From: Methylobacter sp.
GTDB taxonomy: Bacteria; Pseudomonadota; Gammaproteobacteria; Methylococcales; Methylomonadaceae
Assembly (NCBI GenBank): GCA_038922535.1
Contig: JBCKWO010000001.1
Location: 1,723 to 65,722, forward strand
Direction: 5' to 3'
Length of the DNA stretch: 64,000 bases
Shown here: piece by piece, positions 17,901-29,164 of the stretch
Layout: each line of letters starts with the position of its first letter
Position numbering within the stretch: position 1 is the stretch's first letter
Notes under the pieces: generated by a model
Seen by the model: the letters and a program-made list of their open reading frames with translations, nothing else
Databases searched by the model: none
What the model was told of the DNA's origin: nothing
Translations under genes and position numbers: made by a program

Positions 17901-18797
17901 ATGTATTTTGAATTAGCGGCCTTGGCCTATCTTATCGACATGCTTTTTGGCGAACTCCCCTGCAAACACCCAGTGGTGTTGATGGGCGGTTTTATTTCGG
18001 CGTTTGAACGGCGGTTTTACCGCGACCGGATTTTACCCGGTGCGCTATTGGTGACCGGCTTAATAGCATTGACCTTATTGATCAGCCTCACCCTGGTTTA
18101 TCTATGCGGATTGTTGCCGGGCTGGATGTCACTGATAGTTTTAGCGGTACTTGCCTCCACCGGCCTAGCCATGAATATGCTGCACGAAAGCGTCGCCGCA
18201 CTGTTGACCGCCGACCAACCCAAGCAGGCGTTAAGCTATCTGGTCAGCCGCGACACCCAAAACATGAGCGAAACCGAAGTCTATAAAGCCGGGCTGGAAA
18301 CCTGGGCGGAAAACCTCAGCGACGGTGTTATCGCGCCGTTGTTTTATCTGCTGCTGTTCGGCTTACCTGGGATTGCGGTGTATAAAGCCATCAACACGAT
18401 GGATTCGATGATCGGCTACAAAAGCGAACGCTATTTAAATTTTGGCAAAACGGCGGCGATAATAGATGATATAGCCAACATCATTCCTGCCCGGCTGACC
18501 GCTTTGCTGATTGTGGCATTGGCGGAAGACAAGCAACGCGCTTGGCAGTGCTTACGGCGCGATGGCGACAAACTGGAAAGCCCCAATGCCGGATTCCCCA
18601 TTGCGGCCATGGCCGGAGCATTGGGCGTTGCCTTGGGTGGCGATGCCCGTTATCACGGACAAATCAAACATAAACCGACGTTGGGCTTGCCGGTCAATCC
18701 GGTCGATAAATCAACGTTAACTCAGGCATTACACATGAAAACAGCTATCAATCTGACGGTATTATGCCTGCTGGCAATTGGAATCTTATGGTCATGA
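17901..18797 (+). CDS. cbiB: Adenosylcobinamide-phosphate synthase
   Basis: HPVVLMG, LVSRDT, AENLSDGVIAPLFY, YKAINTMDSMIGY, SPNAG. Confidence 0.93.
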   Translation: MYFELAALAYLIDMLFGELPCKHPVVLMGGFISAFERRFYRDRILPGALLVTGLIALTLLISLTLVYLCGLLPGWMSLIVLAVLASTGLAMNMLHESVAALLTADQPKQALSYLVSRDTQNMSETEVYKAGLETWAENLSDGVIAPLFYLLLFGLPGIAVYKAINTMDSMIGYKSERYLNFGKTAAIIDDIANIIPARLTALLIVALAEDKQRAWQCLRRDGDKLESPNAGFPIAAMAGALGVALGGDARYHGQIKHKPTLGLPVNPVDKSTLTQALHMKTAINLTVLCLLAIGILWS

Positions 18798-19291
18798 AAA
18801 CACTGTTTATCGGCGGAATAAAAAGCGGCAAGTCTCGGCTGGCGGAAGCGTTTGTTTTAAAGCAAGCGGTAACGGGCAAGCCGTATTATCTGGCAACTAC
18901 CGAGTTTGTTGATGAGGAAATGCGGGCGCGAATCCTGATCCATCAGCAACGCCGCCAGGATTTATTTGCCACTATCGAAGAACCCGTTAAACTGTTTGAT
19001 GCACTGAAAAAATGCACACGCCCGGTGTTGGTTGAGTGCGTGTCGATGTGGCTAAACAACCAGCTTCATCACAAAATTCCCGAAGCGGACATCTTGCAAG
19101 AGCTGGAAGCAGTGCTAAAGTTATCTTGTGACATGGTGCTGGTGCACAATGAAGTCGGGTTAAGTGTAATTGCTGACAACCGCTTGGCAAGACAGTTTGT
19201 TGATCTGTCCGGCAAAGCTGCGCAATTGATGGGGCAGCATTGCGATCAGGTGTTTTTTTGCAGCGCAGGCTTGAAGATAAAAATGAAATAG
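18794..19291 (+). CDS. cobU: Adenosylcobinamide kinase/guanylyltransferase
   Basis: GGIKSGKS, EMRARILIHQQRR, NEVGLS. Confidence 0.9.
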   Translation: MKTLFIGGIKSGKSRLAEAFVLKQAVTGKPYYLATTEFVDEEMRARILIHQQRRQDLFATIEEPVKLFDALKKCTRPVLVECVSMWLNNQLHHKIPEADILQELEAVLKLSCDMVLVHNEVGLSVIADNRLARQFVDLSGKAAQLMGQHCDQVFFCSAGLKIKMK

Positions 19292-19366
19292 GTGCGGATT
19301 CCGTATCATTTAGTACGCTTAGTAACGCGTGCGAAATAAAGTTAACAAATGAGTATTATCAAGTAG

Positions 19367-19394
19367 TGTGGGGGCGACTTCAGTCGCCCCCACA
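19367..19394. repeat. Perfect hairpin (REP-like or terminator)
   Basis: TGTGGGGGCGACT-TC-AGTCGCCCCCACA. Confidence 0.6.
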
Positions 19395-19443
19395 GATGCT
19401 CAAGTTATTTCGTGCACGTTCCTTAACATATAAAGAGACAACC

Positions 19444-20433
19444 GTGAAAAATAGAGTCTGTAAACCCTTATTTAAACTGGCTTTAGCGCTGGTGCTTACC
19501 GGATGCGCGAGCAATCAGGCGGTTCAAACCGATGCGATTTTCCGCAATACCGGTGCTAATCCCAAGTATTCCCCTGAATATCAAGTACGGACTTTAACTG
19601 GGATTTACGCTAACTCGTTGCCGGTGCAAACCTTTATCCGGCGCATGGTGCTTCGGCATGGCTTTTCGGAAAGTTATTTGAACGGCTTGTTTTCGCAGGC
19701 CAAGCGTTTGGATTATGTCATGCGCTTGGAAAATACACCGCAATATCACGGCCCCAAACCAGATCATCCCAAGGTGGGCGGCTGGACTAGCTACCGCAAG
19801 CAATTTCTCACCGAGGCGCATATCAATAATGGCGTAGCCTTTTGGAGCAGCAATGCGGATGCAATCCAAAAAGCCAGCGTCACTTACGGCGTCGATCCCG
19901 AATATATTGTTGCGATTATCGGCGTGGAAACCTTTTTCGGTCGCAATGTCGGTAAAACCCACACTTTCGATGCCTTGACTACGCTGGCATTTGATACTCA
20001 GCGACGCGCCAAATTTTTTACCACGGAATTGGAAAATTTTCTGTTGATGACCCGCGAAGAAGGCTACGAGCCACTTAAGCCGGTCGGTTCCTGGGCGGGT
20101 GCCATGGGTTTAGGTCAATTTATGCCCAGCAGTTTTCGGAGTTTGGCGGTTGATTTTAATCACGATGGACATCGCAATCTTTGGGATCAGTACGATGCGA
20201 TCGGTAGCGTAGCGAATTATTTTTCGCATAACGGTTGGCAAAACAATAGGCCGGTGGCGGAACAGGTCAAAGGCCACGGCGGCGAGTCAACTATTGAGTT
20301 GAGCGCAATTAACGGCAGTGAATACTGGCGCGTTCATCCCAATTTCAAGGTGATCAAGAAATACAATAACAGCGATAAATACGCAATGGCGGTGCATCAA
20401 TTGGCGCAGGCTATTAAGCAGCGGTATTTGTAA
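19444..20433 (+). CDS. mltB: Lytic murein transglycosylase B (lipoprotein)
   Basis: LTGC lipobox, AIIGVETFFG, GSWAGAMGLGQFMPSS, YNNS..YAMAV. Confidence 0.92.
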   Translation: MKNRVCKPLFKLALALVLTGCASNQAVQTDAIFRNTGANPKYSPEYQVRTLTGIYANSLPVQTFIRRMVLRHGFSESYLNGLFSQAKRLDYVMRLENTPQYHGPKPDHPKVGGWTSYRKQFLTEAHINNGVAFWSSNADAIQKASVTYGVDPEYIVAIIGVETFFGRNVGKTHTFDALTTLAFDTQRRAKFFTTELENFLLMTREEGYEPLKPVGSWAGAMGLGQFMPSSFRSLAVDFNHDGHRNLWDQYDAIGSVANYFSHNGWQNNRPVAEQVKGHGGESTIELSAINGSEYWRVHPNFKVIKKYNNSDKYAMAVHQLAQAIKQRYL

Positions 20434-20438
20434 GTTAC

Positions 20439-20469
20439 AAGCGGTGGGCAAACCTTGCCCACCCGCTTT
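20439..20469. terminator. Hairpin between convergent genes
   Basis: AAGCGGTGGGCAA-ACC-TTGCCCACCCGCTTT. Confidence 0.55.
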
Positions 20470-20479
20470 ATACGATTTT

Positions 20480-21655
20480 TTAATGCGCAATATCGTGATG
20501 CCATTTCGGCATCATAATAATACAGTTTGGGTTAAGCCCTTGTTTCTTAAATGTATCGATGCTGGCTATGACTTCCTGTTTATTCAGGTCGATTACGCTG
20601 ATCGAACCATCGCTCATATCCGGCAAATTTAAAAAGCTGTTCTGCACGAAGGCATACTGTTCATCGGGAGAAAGCACCACATGGTGTGCGCCGCCAGCAG
20701 TGGGTATCGCCTTGATTAAGGTCGGTTTCAGCTTGGATTGGCTGATGTCGAAGATGTTGAAATGACCGGGATTTGCGGTGGTGATGTACATCCGGTCATT
20801 TTTATCATTAAAGTAGATTTCCAACGGCACGCCTTGTTTGACGGCATTAAAGTCGAAGGCTTGCTGGAAATCAAAATCCTTGTTACCCGCATTCCAAGTA
20901 CCCGTCCAAAGCCCGCCGCCGAACATGGTGTTGATATAGGCCAGTGGTGGATTTGATCCGGGCAGGAAAACCGCCTCTACCGGTGCTGAACCTGAAGGTG
21001 ACGGTTTATCGGATAATTTATGGCTGGATAATACCTTGCCGCTGGAAGCTTCGATAACGGTTACGGTTTCCCCAGCATCGCCCAAGTCGGACGGACGCAC
21101 GGTGCTGGTGACTATAATGCGGTCGATGTCATCATTCAGACTGATGCCGTGCGGATAGCGGATAAAAGCATTTTCCGAATTGGCGGCAATCACTTTAATC
21201 TGTTTGTCGGTCTGCGCATCGCCGACAATCACGTTGCTTGAACCCATGCAGGTCATGTACCAAGTCTTGTTGTCTTTAGAAAAAACCACATCTTCACCGA
21301 CTTTACAGTCCGGCACATCGATTTTTTTAGGTTGGTAAGGAACATGGGTCATGTCCATGACGTGCAGCGCACCGTTGCCTAAAGAGGTGATGTAGGCTTT
21401 GCTGAGGTCTTTGTTGTAGAAGATATGATGGGCGACTAAATCGGTCGGCAGCGGAATGTCATTAAGGATTTTTGCAAAGTTAAGCGAGGCGGGATCAACG
21501 TCGATGATCGCAATGCCTTCACGTCTTGGCGTTTGCCCCGGTTTGCTTTCGTAATTAACCATCGCCAATATCTGTGCATAGCTTAGCCCAGGGCAAAGCA
21601 GCGCCGTATAAATAAGCAGGGAGCAAGCGAGTTTTAGTGTGTTTTTTGTAGTCAT
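20480..21655 (-). CDS. Secreted YncE/YVTN-like beta-propeller protein
   Basis: Signal peptide; repeated AHH/PHG..S.D...AY/FV blades. Confidence 0.7.
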   Translation of the reverse strand: MTTKNTLKLACSLLIYTALLCPGLSYAQILAMVNYESKPGQTPRREGIAIIDVDPASLNFAKILNDIPLPTDLVAHHIFYNKDLSKAYITSLGNGALHVMDMTHVPYQPKKIDVPDCKVGEDVVFSKDNKTWYMTCMGSSNVIVGDAQTDKQIKVIAANSENAFIRYPHGISLNDDIDRIIVTSTVRPSDLGDAGETVTVIEASSGKVLSSHKLSDKPSPSGSAPVEAVFLPGSNPPLAYINTMFGGGLWTGTWNAGNKDFDFQQAFDFNAVKQGVPLEIYFNDKNDRMYITTANPGHFNIFDISQSKLKPTLIKAIPTAGGAHHVVLSPDEQYAFVQNSFLNLPDMSDGSISVIDLNKQEVIASIDTFKKQGLNPNCIIMMPKWHHDIAH

Positions 21656-21759
21656 CGTAGTTTCTCTGATGATTTGTTGGTTGACGATGCTGGGCGCTCC
21701 CAATACTGTTAAGTTATTAACTGATGGCATTGGGAGCTGTATGTTGCCTGGCTAAGGGA

Positions 21760-22032
21760 TCATTCCGCAGTAGTGGGGTCTATCATGGATCTGATCCGGG
21801 AAATGCGGTTGGCCGGGAATCCGCCCTTTTCGGCATGTTCCCTAACGGTTTCTTCATCCGGCGCGATGTAGACGCAATAGACTTTATCGTCGGTCACATA
21901 GCTTTCCACCCACTGGATTTTAGGCCCCATTTCGCAAAGGATGCCGCATGATTTTTGCGAAATGTCTTGCAGTTCACGGTAAGCTAATGAACCTGCGCCG
22001 GGGATTTCACGTTCGATAATATATTTTGGCAT
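21760..22032 (-). CDS. DUF4242 (SCO4226-like) protein
   Basis: MPKYIIER..., YCVYIAPDEETVREHA..GGFPANRI. Confidence 0.85.
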   Translation of the reverse strand: MPKYIIEREIPGAGSLAYRELQDISQKSCGILCEMGPKIQWVESYVTDDKVYCVYIAPDEETVREHAEKGGFPANRISRIRSMIDPTTAE

Positions 22033-22071
22033 GTCTGTTTCTCCTGGTTAATGGTAAAAATGATGGGTCGG

Positions 22072-22107
22072 TTTTTTAAAGCGTAATCAAGATTGCGCTT
22101 TAAAAAA
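22072..22107. promoter_or_regulatory. Near-perfect palindrome upstream of the DUF4242 gene, candidate operator
   Basis: TTTTTTAAAGCGTAATC-AA-GATTGCGCTTTAAAAAA (16/17 arms). Confidence 0.45.
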
Positions 22108-22201
22108 ATCCCCTAATAACTCCCGGTCACATTGTTTAAGCGGCGAGGATCATTTTGTCGCATTCCCGCGCTCCAGCGTCGCGGGGAAATGATAAGAATT
22201 T

Positions 22202-22255
22202 ACCACGAAGACACGAAGGATACGAAGTTTATACTTTTCGTATCCTTCGCGGTGA
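22202..22255. repeat. Short-unit hairpin repeat (ACACGAAG-type)
   Basis: ACCACGAAGACACGAAGGATACGAAG...TTCGTATCCTTCGCGGT. Confidence 0.6.
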
Positions 22256-22338
22256 ACATTTATTTATCGGTATATTGATGCCCCATAACAACAGGGTTTG
22301 GTATCATACGCCGCTACCTCTACTTAACAGGAAACAAC

Positions 22339-22836
22339 ATGGGAAACCAGGTTGAACGCGAACAATTAAAGTCGGATCTTATCCTCCCCTGGGCCATGGT
22401 CGGCATGATGCTGGTCATGCTGGTGACTTATATTGTTATTTGTCAGGTCATGGGCGGACGATTGCAACAGCCGTTGCCGGAAGCTCAGCGGGTGCTGATC
22501 AGGACGGTATTTTACGTTATTGCGATTGCGACATTTCCGCTGACTAACCTGATCCGGCACATCCAGCTCAGGTTGAATCAAACCATGCCTTGTTCCCGCA
22601 CGGCGAATGGCGCAGTTGCTATAGCAAAAAGCCGTTATCTGGTGACTATCATCGTTTCCATGGCGCTGGTTGAAGTGGTCGGTGTTTTTGGTCTGGTCAT
22701 GTTCATATTGGGCGATGGTTTCAACACCTTGTATATCTTCACCGGACTGTCGGCGCTGGGACTGTTTTTATATCGCCCCAAAGCCGATGAGTATGCCGAA
22801 ATAATCGAAGCAATCGCCGCACAAAACCATGAATAA
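22339..22836 (+). CDS. Hypothetical membrane protein (about 4 TM)
   Basis: Hydrophobic segments; overlaps the next start. Confidence 0.7.
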   Translation: MGNQVEREQLKSDLILPWAMVGMMLVMLVTYIVICQVMGGRLQQPLPEAQRVLIRTVFYVIAIATFPLTNLIRHIQLRLNQTMPCSRTANGAVAIAKSRYLVTIIVSMALVEVVGVFGLVMFILGDGFNTLYIFTGLSALGLFLYRPKADEYAEIIEAIAAQNHE

Positions 22837-24082
22837 TTTACTAGCCGACGCTGACATCTGCGTTAAATGCGGTTTATGTCTGCCGCATTGCCCCACTTAC
22901 AACAAAACCCAAAACGAAAACGAGTCGCCGCGAGGCCGTATTGCCTTAATTCAAGCCTGGGCGGGCGGTCATCTGGAAGCGTCGAAAAAACTGGTTGAGC
23001 ATATCGACAACTGCCTGTTATGCCGTTCCTGCGAACGGGTTTGCCCGGCCGTGGTGCCTTATGGGCGGCTGATTAATGATTTTCGCGCACAAATCAGGGC
23101 GAAACGGAGTTTTACGCTGGCGGTGTCTCTGTTGAAAAGAGTGTCACACAATAAAACCGCCATTCGTTTGGCGCAATCGGGTTTACGGATTTATCAAGTT
23201 ACCCTCTTGCAAAAAACCGCGCGAATGCTCAGATTGCCTGGATTATTCAGGCTGGATAAAATCGACCGGCTATTGCCCGATTATCACAAACCGACTCCTT
23301 TGGCGCCGTATTATCCGGCGACTGCCAGGGATGGCGGAAGTGTCGCAATCGATAGGGAACCGATGCGACCAACTACCGAAGTGAAGGGGTGTGTAGGCTT
23401 GTTCATCGGGTGCATGGGGGCTTTATTGGACTATGAAACCGTCAATGCAGCAATCAAAGTGTTAACTGCGGCCGGATTTAATGTGGCTATACCTGAACAG
23501 CAGACCTGTTGCGGCGCGCTGGATTTGCATGACGGCGATAATGAAACCTACGAGCAGCTTGCCGCAATTAATTGCAGCGCTTTTGCAGATAAAAACCTGG
23601 ATGCGATAGTGACTATCGCCAGCGGTTGCGGCAGTCAATTGCAGGAATATCGGCAGGCTGATTTTGCCGGAAAAGTGGTCGATATTAGTCAGTTTTTAAT
23701 CAAAGCAGGCTGCGACCTCAGCGATCAGCTACTGCCATTGGCCACACCGGTATCTTTGCATACGCCGTGCTCGTTAAAAAATGTCATGCGCGAGGAACAA
23801 GGAGCGTTAAAGCTGTTGCAGCAAATCCCTGGTATTAAAATAACCCCGTTGCCTGCGGAGATACAATGCTGCGGCTCGGCGGGCAGTTATATGCTGGATC
23901 ATCCGCAAATGGCGCAAGCGTTGTTAAGCGACCTGTTGGTGGTGGCTTTGGAACAGCAACCCGGCTATCTGGTTAGCTCCAATATAGGCTGCGCTTTGCA
24001 TATATCAGCAGGGCTAAGAGAGCGTGGAGTGGCGCTTGAAGTGCTTCATCCTGTTGTTTTAATCGCACGGCAATTAAAGTAA
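22829..24082 (+). CDS. GlcF-like Fe-S oxidoreductase with a 17-aa repeat-derived insertion
   Basis: CVKCGLCLPHCPTY, SPRGRI, CLLCRSCERVCP, two CCG domains. Confidence 0.88.
   Translation: MNNLLADADICVKCGLCLPHCPTYNKTQNENESPRGRIALIQAWAGGHLEASKKLVEHIDNCLLCRSCERVCPAVVPYGRLINDFRAQIRAKRSFTLAVSLLKRVSHNKTAIRLAQSGLRIYQVTLLQKTARMLRLPGLFRLDKIDRLLPDYHKPTPLAPYYPATARDGGSVAIDREPMRPTTEVKGCVGLFIGCMGALLDYETVNAAIKVLTAAGFNVAIPEQQTCCGALDLHDGDNETYEQLAAINCSAFADKNLDAIVTIASGCGSQLQEYRQADFAGKVVDISQFLIKAGCDLSDQLLPLATPVSLHTPCSLKNVMREEQGALKLLQQIPGIKITPLPAEIQCCGSAGSYMLDHPQMAQALLSDLLVVALEQQPGYLVSSNIGCALHISAGLRERGVALEVLHPVVLIARQLK
23320..23370 (+). repeat. 51-bp GGA-loop twin-hairpin element, in-frame
   Basis: GACTGCCAGGGATGGCGGAAGTGTCGCAATCGATAGGGAACCGATGCGACC. 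Confidence 0.92.
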
Positions 24083-24168
24083 AGACAGAAGGCTAAAGAC
24101 TGTGCCTTTCACCTAACTTTCAGAGCTGAATTATAATTGATGCGTTTTTTGGTGAATTGGATTTAACT

Positions 24169-24576
24169 ATGCGGCAAACAATAAAGGCAAAATACGAGCT
24201 TCGTTTGTACGAGCTTAAAAAAGCGGCAAATGAATTTCTTGAGTTCACCGAAAATTTAACGCTACTTCAAGCGGTTAATGAAAAAGCGCAGGAGATGGTT
24301 CAGGCGGTTGATGCCTTGCAGCAGTTGTTGCAGCAGGACTTTGTTGTCAATGCGCTGGTTAATGCGGCTAATGCTTCCGAGGCTGCGGTACTGCTTGATG
24401 AGATTGTCGATACCGATGTGGTGAGCGAGCTGGAGGCTTATGTGCTGTCTGCGGCAGAAGGCATTGAAAATCCCGATGTGACGCAGTTTTTAACCGAGGT
24501 GATGGACAAAGTCGAGCGTAAATATAACCGACTGCTTGAAAAGGCACATGCTTATAACGCGCTGCTTAAAGGTTAG
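24169..24576 (+). CDS. Hypothetical alpha-helical acidic protein
   Basis: Clean ORF, no recognised motif. Confidence 0.6.
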   Translation: MRQTIKAKYELRLYELKKAANEFLEFTENLTLLQAVNEKAQEMVQAVDALQQLLQQDFVVNALVNAANASEAAVLLDEIVDTDVVSELEAYVLSAAEGIENPDVTQFLTEVMDKVERKYNRLLEKAHAYNALLKG

Positions 24577-24586
24577 CTTTGTCGGT

Positions 24587-25597
24587 TTAATGATTGCGTT
24601 GAACGGAAAATATCGCCAATAAAGTCAGTGCTTGTTTGTATTCGGAATCAGGCAGGACGCTTAATGCGGCAATCGCTTTTTGAGCTTCCTGGTCGGCGCG
24701 TTGTTCTGTGTAATCAATGGCTTTAGTGCTTTTTACGATGGCGTAAACCTCGTTGAAAGCATCGCGATCGCCATTTTTGATCGCATCAATAATGATCTTT
24801 GCCTCGCTTTCGCTGCCGTTTTGAATGGCGTAAATCAGCGGTAAAGTCGGTTTGCCCTCGGCAAGGTCATCGCCAAGATTTTTGCCCATTTCATCAGTGC
24901 TGGATTTGTAATCGAGCGCATCATCAATCAATTGAAAGGCGATACCCAGATGCTGGCCGTATTCTGCCAAACCTTGTTCGATTTCAGCCGATGCTCCGGC
25001 GATAACGGCGGCCAATTTAGTCGCGGCACTGAATAAAATAGCGGTTTTCCTGGCAATAACTTCGAGATATTTTTCTTCGGTGGTCTCGGGATTATTGCAG
25101 TTTAACAATTGCAGTACTTCGCCTTCGGCAATGGCGGTGGTGGTTTTCGACAGGATTTCCATTACTCGCATATTGCCGGTGCGCACCATCATTTCAAATG
25201 CGCTGGAATAAAGGTAATCGCCGACCAATATGCTGGCCGAGTTGCCCCAGACGGCATTGGCGGATTTTTTGCCGCGCCTGAGGTCGGAGTCGTCAACAAC
25301 GTCGTCATGCAGCAGGGTGGCGGTGTGGATAAATTCAATGACCGCCGCCATAAGCAGGTGGTTATCGCTGGCGCCCCCCAGCGCCTTGGCCGCCAGTAAC
25401 AACAGCATGGGGCGTAATCTTTTGCCGCCGCTGCCGATTATGTAATGGCTCATCTGGTTGATCAAGACGACATCGGAACACAACTCGTTAATAATGAGCT
25501 GATCGACGGCTTTGGCCTCAGCGGTAGTTAATTTCTTAATTGAATCAAAATTAATAGGAGCAGGAGCGTTAGCGGGGGATTGTGAATGCGATGCCAT
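24587..25597 (-). CDS. ispB: Octaprenyl-diphosphate synthase
   Basis: GGKRLRP, LLHDDVVD, FQLIDD, GDDLAEGK; divergent from rplU. Confidence 0.93.
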   Translation of the reverse strand: MASHSQSPANAPAPINFDSIKKLTTAEAKAVDQLIINELCSDVVLINQMSHYIIGSGGKRLRPMLLLLAAKALGGASDNHLLMAAVIEFIHTATLLHDDVVDDSDLRRGKKSANAVWGNSASILVGDYLYSSAFEMMVRTGNMRVMEILSKTTTAIAEGEVLQLLNCNNPETTEEKYLEVIARKTAILFSAATKLAAVIAGASAEIEQGLAEYGQHLGIAFQLIDDALDYKSSTDEMGKNLGDDLAEGKPTLPLIYAIQNGSESEAKIIIDAIKNGDRDAFNEVYAIVKSTKAIDYTEQRADQEAQKAIAALSVLPDSEYKQALTLLAIFSVQRNH

Positions 25598-25853
25598 TAT
25601 CTAGTGCTGCGTGTAAGTTTGGGTTACTTTTCATGGCAATAGCTATGAAAATCAAAGTCTGTTAAGCTATTATAGCTTAATAAAGCGTTAATCGCCCATG
25701 CTATTGAATGAGTGGAAAGATGGCAATGGCTTTTTGCGCTATGTTGATAAAATTTTTATACTGTCGGTTTAATTTAGATTGACTTGTCCCTGTTTTAAAA
25801 ATATAATTTTTTGTTCACTTTAAACAGATTAATGCTTGATGGAGCTTGCGCCG

Positions 25854-26165
25854 ATGTATGCGGTAATTCAAACAGGTGGTAAACAGTACCGCGTAGAAGA
25901 AGGTACTTACTTAAAAATAGAAAAACTGGAGCTAGGCGAAGGCGACAGCATTGAGTTCGATAAAGTGCTGATGATTCAGTCTGACGATGCTGTTAAAATT
26001 GGCATGCCTTTTATCGAAGGCGGCAAAGTTACAGCGACTGTCCTGTCTCAAGGCAGGCATAAAAAAGTCAAAATTATTAAATTCAAAAGACGTAAGCACC
26101 ATATGAAACAAATGGGGCATCGTCAGTACTATACAGAAATCCAGATTACTGGCATTTCTGCTTAA
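25854..26165 (+). CDS. rplU: 50S ribosomal protein L21
   Basis: [14 protein letters not shown]...GHRQ. Confidence 0.98.
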   Translation: MYAVIQTGGKQYRVEEGTYLKIEKLELGEGDSIEFDKVLMIQSDDAVKIGMPFIEGGKVTATVLSQGRHKKVKIIKFKRRKHHMKQMGHRQYYTEIQITGISA

Positions 26166-26182
26166 GATATTAGGAGTTACAA

Positions 26183-26443
26183 ATGGCTCATAAAAAAGCA
26201 GGCGGCAGTACTCGTAACGGACGCGATTCTCATGCGAAACGATTAGGTGTTAAGCGTTACGGTGGCGAGACTGTGACGGCAGGCAGTATTATCGTTCGTC
26301 AACGTGGAACCCAATTTCACGCAGGTGTTAACGTAGGTTGCGGAAAAGATCATACCTTGTTTGCAACAGCTGATGGTCAAGTGGTTTTTAAGGTTCAAGG
26401 ACCTAAAAACCGCAGATTTATCAGTATTGTTGCTGCTGCGTAA
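26183..26443 (+). CDS. rpmA: 50S ribosomal protein L27
   Basis: [16 protein letters not shown]. Confidence 0.98.
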   Translation: MAHKKAGGSTRNGRDSHAKRLGVKRYGGETVTAGSIIVRQRGTQFHAGVNVGCGKDHTLFATADGQVVFKVQGPKNRRFISIVAAA

Positions 26444-26511
26444 GTTAGTCGGCTGTATCGCGCAACAGGTCGGCGAGACAGTTAGGTCGGGTTAATGTAT
26501 CCGGCAACTTT

Positions 26512-26545
26512 AAAAAAGCTCCGCCGTTATGGCGGGGCTTTTTTT
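26512..26545 (+). terminator. Rho-independent terminator
   Basis: AGCTCCGCC-GTTAT-GGCGGGGCT followed by a T run. Confidence 0.75.
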
Positions 26546-26583
26546 GTTTTTATCGATTGAGTTTGAAGTTTGGCGGCGTGTGA

Positions 26584-28729
<2,146 letters not shown>

Positions 28730-28747
28730 GCTAGATTGGCAGGCAAT

Positions 28748-28783
28748 AAAAAAGGCCGTAACTCAATGAGTCCGGCCTTTTTT
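28748..28783. terminator. Bidirectional terminator between proB and rpsT
   Basis: AAAAAAGGCCG...CGGCCTTTTTT. Confidence 0.75.
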
Positions 28784-28802
28784 ATTGGGTAACGCTAAGC
28801 AA

Positions 28803-29066
28803 TTAAGCGATAGCTTTTACCTTTGCATTTAGTCTGCTTTTACCGCGCGCAGCTTTATTCTTGTGAATAAGGCCTTTAGTGACTGCAGAATCGATAATCG
28901 GCACAGCAGTGTTGTAGGCGACTTGCGCTTTTTCTTTGTCGCCCAGTTTAACTGCGGCAAGGATTTTTTTTATGAAGGTGCGTAATTTGCTACGTTGTCC
29001 TGCGTTGCGAATACGGCTTTTTTCCGCTTGTCGCGCACGCTTTTTAGCTTGTGCTGTATTAGCCAT
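28803..29066 (-). CDS. rpsT: 30S ribosomal protein S20
   Basis: [13 protein letters not shown]...[13 protein letters not shown]. Confidence 0.97.
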   Translation of the reverse strand: MANTAQAKKRARQAEKSRIRNAGQRSKLRTFIKKILAAVKLGDKEKAQVAYNTAVPIIDSAVTKGLIHKNKAARGKSRLNAKVKAIA

Positions 29067-29164
29067 AGGTTTTCGATTCTTAGTGTAAGTTAATTAAGCC
29101 TTACATTATCTTTATAAATGCTATTATTGTCAAATATTTTTAATGTGTCACAGCAGGAGCGGCG

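Noticed and set aside
23320-23370. Inserts as inteins or self-splicing introns
   Set aside because: Far too short, with no Cys/Ser...His-Asn ends or ribozyme core; RNA-level removal cannot be excluded without data
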